Notes under the pieces: model-generated
Seen by the model: the letters and a program-made list of their open reading frames with translations, nothing else
What the model was told of the DNA's origin: nothing
Database searches by the model: none
Position numbers and translations under genes: made by a program
DNA from: a virus
Lineage: Duplodnaviria > Heunggongvirae > Uroviricota > Caudoviricetes
IMG/VR virus record: IMGVR_UViG_2645727821_000004
Span: 1-14,460 of that record
Length of the DNA: 14,460 nt
Strand: one strand, 5' to 3'
Shown here: positions 13,723 through 14,460 of the stretch, one piece after another
Position numbering within the stretch: position 1 is the stretch's first letter
How the letters are laid out: each line of letters begins with the position of its first letter

Positions 13723-14460
13723 ATGGCTAATACTGTAAAAATATCCAGTTGTGAGTTAATCAACGCTGATTGCCTGGAATTTATCCAGACCTTACCGGAA
13801 AACTCTGTCGATCTGATAGTCACAGACCCGCCATACTTTAAAGTGAAACCCAACGGCTGGGACAATCAGTGGAAAGGGGACGAAGATTACCTTAAGTGGC
13901 TGGACCACTGTCTGGCCCAGTTCTGGCGGGCGTTAAAACCTGCCGGAAGCCTTTACCTGTTCTGTGGGCATCGCCTGGCATCTGATATTGAGATCATGAT
14001 GCGTGAACGTTTCAACGTGCTTAACCATATCATCTGGGCGAAGCCGTCCGGACGTTGGAATGGGTGTAATAAAGAAAGTCTGCGCGCATATTTTCCTGCC
14101 ACAGAGCGCGTTCTGTTTGCTGAACATTACCAGGGGCCATATCGCGGCAAAAGTGACGGCTATGCGGCAAAAGAAAGGGAACTCAAACAGCACATAATGG
14201 CACCGCTGATTTCGTATTTCAGGGATGCTCGTGCCGAACTGGGTATAACGGCAAAACAAATTGCCGAAGCCACAGGTAAGAAAAATATGGTTTCCCACTG
14301 GTTTGGTGCCAGTCAGTGGCAGTTGCCGAATGAGGCTGACTATCGGAAGTTACAGGCACTGTTTTCCCGTATAGCGGCAGAGAAGTTTCAGGAACAACAA
14401 CTGGAACAACCACACCACCAGCTGGTGGCATCTTATGATTCACTGAATCGCAAATATTCT
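13723..14460 (+). CDS. DNA methyltransferase, N6-adenine/N4-cytosine beta class (DPPY motif), 5' part; runs off the window end
   Basis: Open frame from ATG 13723 to window end (246 codons). LPENSVDLIVTDPPY ... AGSLYLFCG ... HIIWAKP follows the CcrM/M.HinfI-type motif order. Not in the track because it has no stop in the window. Confidence 0.8.
   Translation, partial: MANTVKISSCELINADCLEFIQTLPENSVDLIVTDPPYFKVKPNGWDNQWKGDEDYLKWLDHCLAQFWRALKPAGSLYLFCGHRLASDIEIMMRERFNVLNHIIWAKPSGRWNGCNKESLRAYFPATERVLFAEHYQGPYRGKSDGYAAKERELKQHIMAPLISYFRDARAELGITAKQIAEATGKKNMVSHWFGASQWQLPNEADYRKLQALFSRIAAEKFQEQQLEQPHHQLVASYDSLNRKYS

Noticed and set aside
1-14460. CRISPR arrays, IS elements, integrase or att sites, rRNA
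   Set aside because: No regularly spaced direct repeats with unique spacers, no terminal inverted repeats flanking a transposase-like ORF, and no integrase-like ORF in the window. The only periodic repeats are the iterons at 3518-3824.

Overview
This window reads as the early-to-late core of a lambdoid enterobacterial prophage (Qin/Rac-like mosaic), with no integrase, structural or lysis genes in view. Identifications rest on reading motifs and on recalled family sequences; no database search was possible.

Layout, left to right:
- 1-2100, minus strand: a repressor-controlled leftward operon ending in a cell-division-inhibitor cassette (YdfA-like ORF, an unknown 212-aa ORF, ~550 nt untranslated RNA, DicF sRNA, DicB, start of YdfD).
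- 2108-3318: immunity switch (DicA-like repressor, divergent Cro-like and YdaT/CII-like genes) with repeated TACC-N4-GGTA operators on both sides.
- 3390-5213: replication module (O-like initiator carrying an internal iteron origin, DnaC-like helicase loader).
- 5238-8471: nin-like region of small winged-helix, zinc-ribbon and DUF550/DUF551-type proteins.
- 8468-9704: two tiny hydrophobic ORFs, a mok/hok type I toxin locus whose Hok appears truncated by a premature stop, and a lipoprotein.
- 9897-12530: Rem-like ORF, YdfU-like (DUF968), RusA resolvase, a Q-like antiterminator candidate, then a late-promoter candidate and intrinsic terminator.
- 12631-14460: cargo where lysis genes are normally expected: a solitary MazF/PemK-fold toxin-like gene, an ORF-less promoter-to-terminator unit, a small PapI/FaeA-like winged-helix gene bracketed by terminators, and a DPPY-motif DNA methyltransferase running off the window end.

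The most likely place for an undescribed system is this post-Q cargo, followed by the unknown 212-aa gene in the leftward operon. No tRNA, rRNA, CRISPR array or IS element was found.
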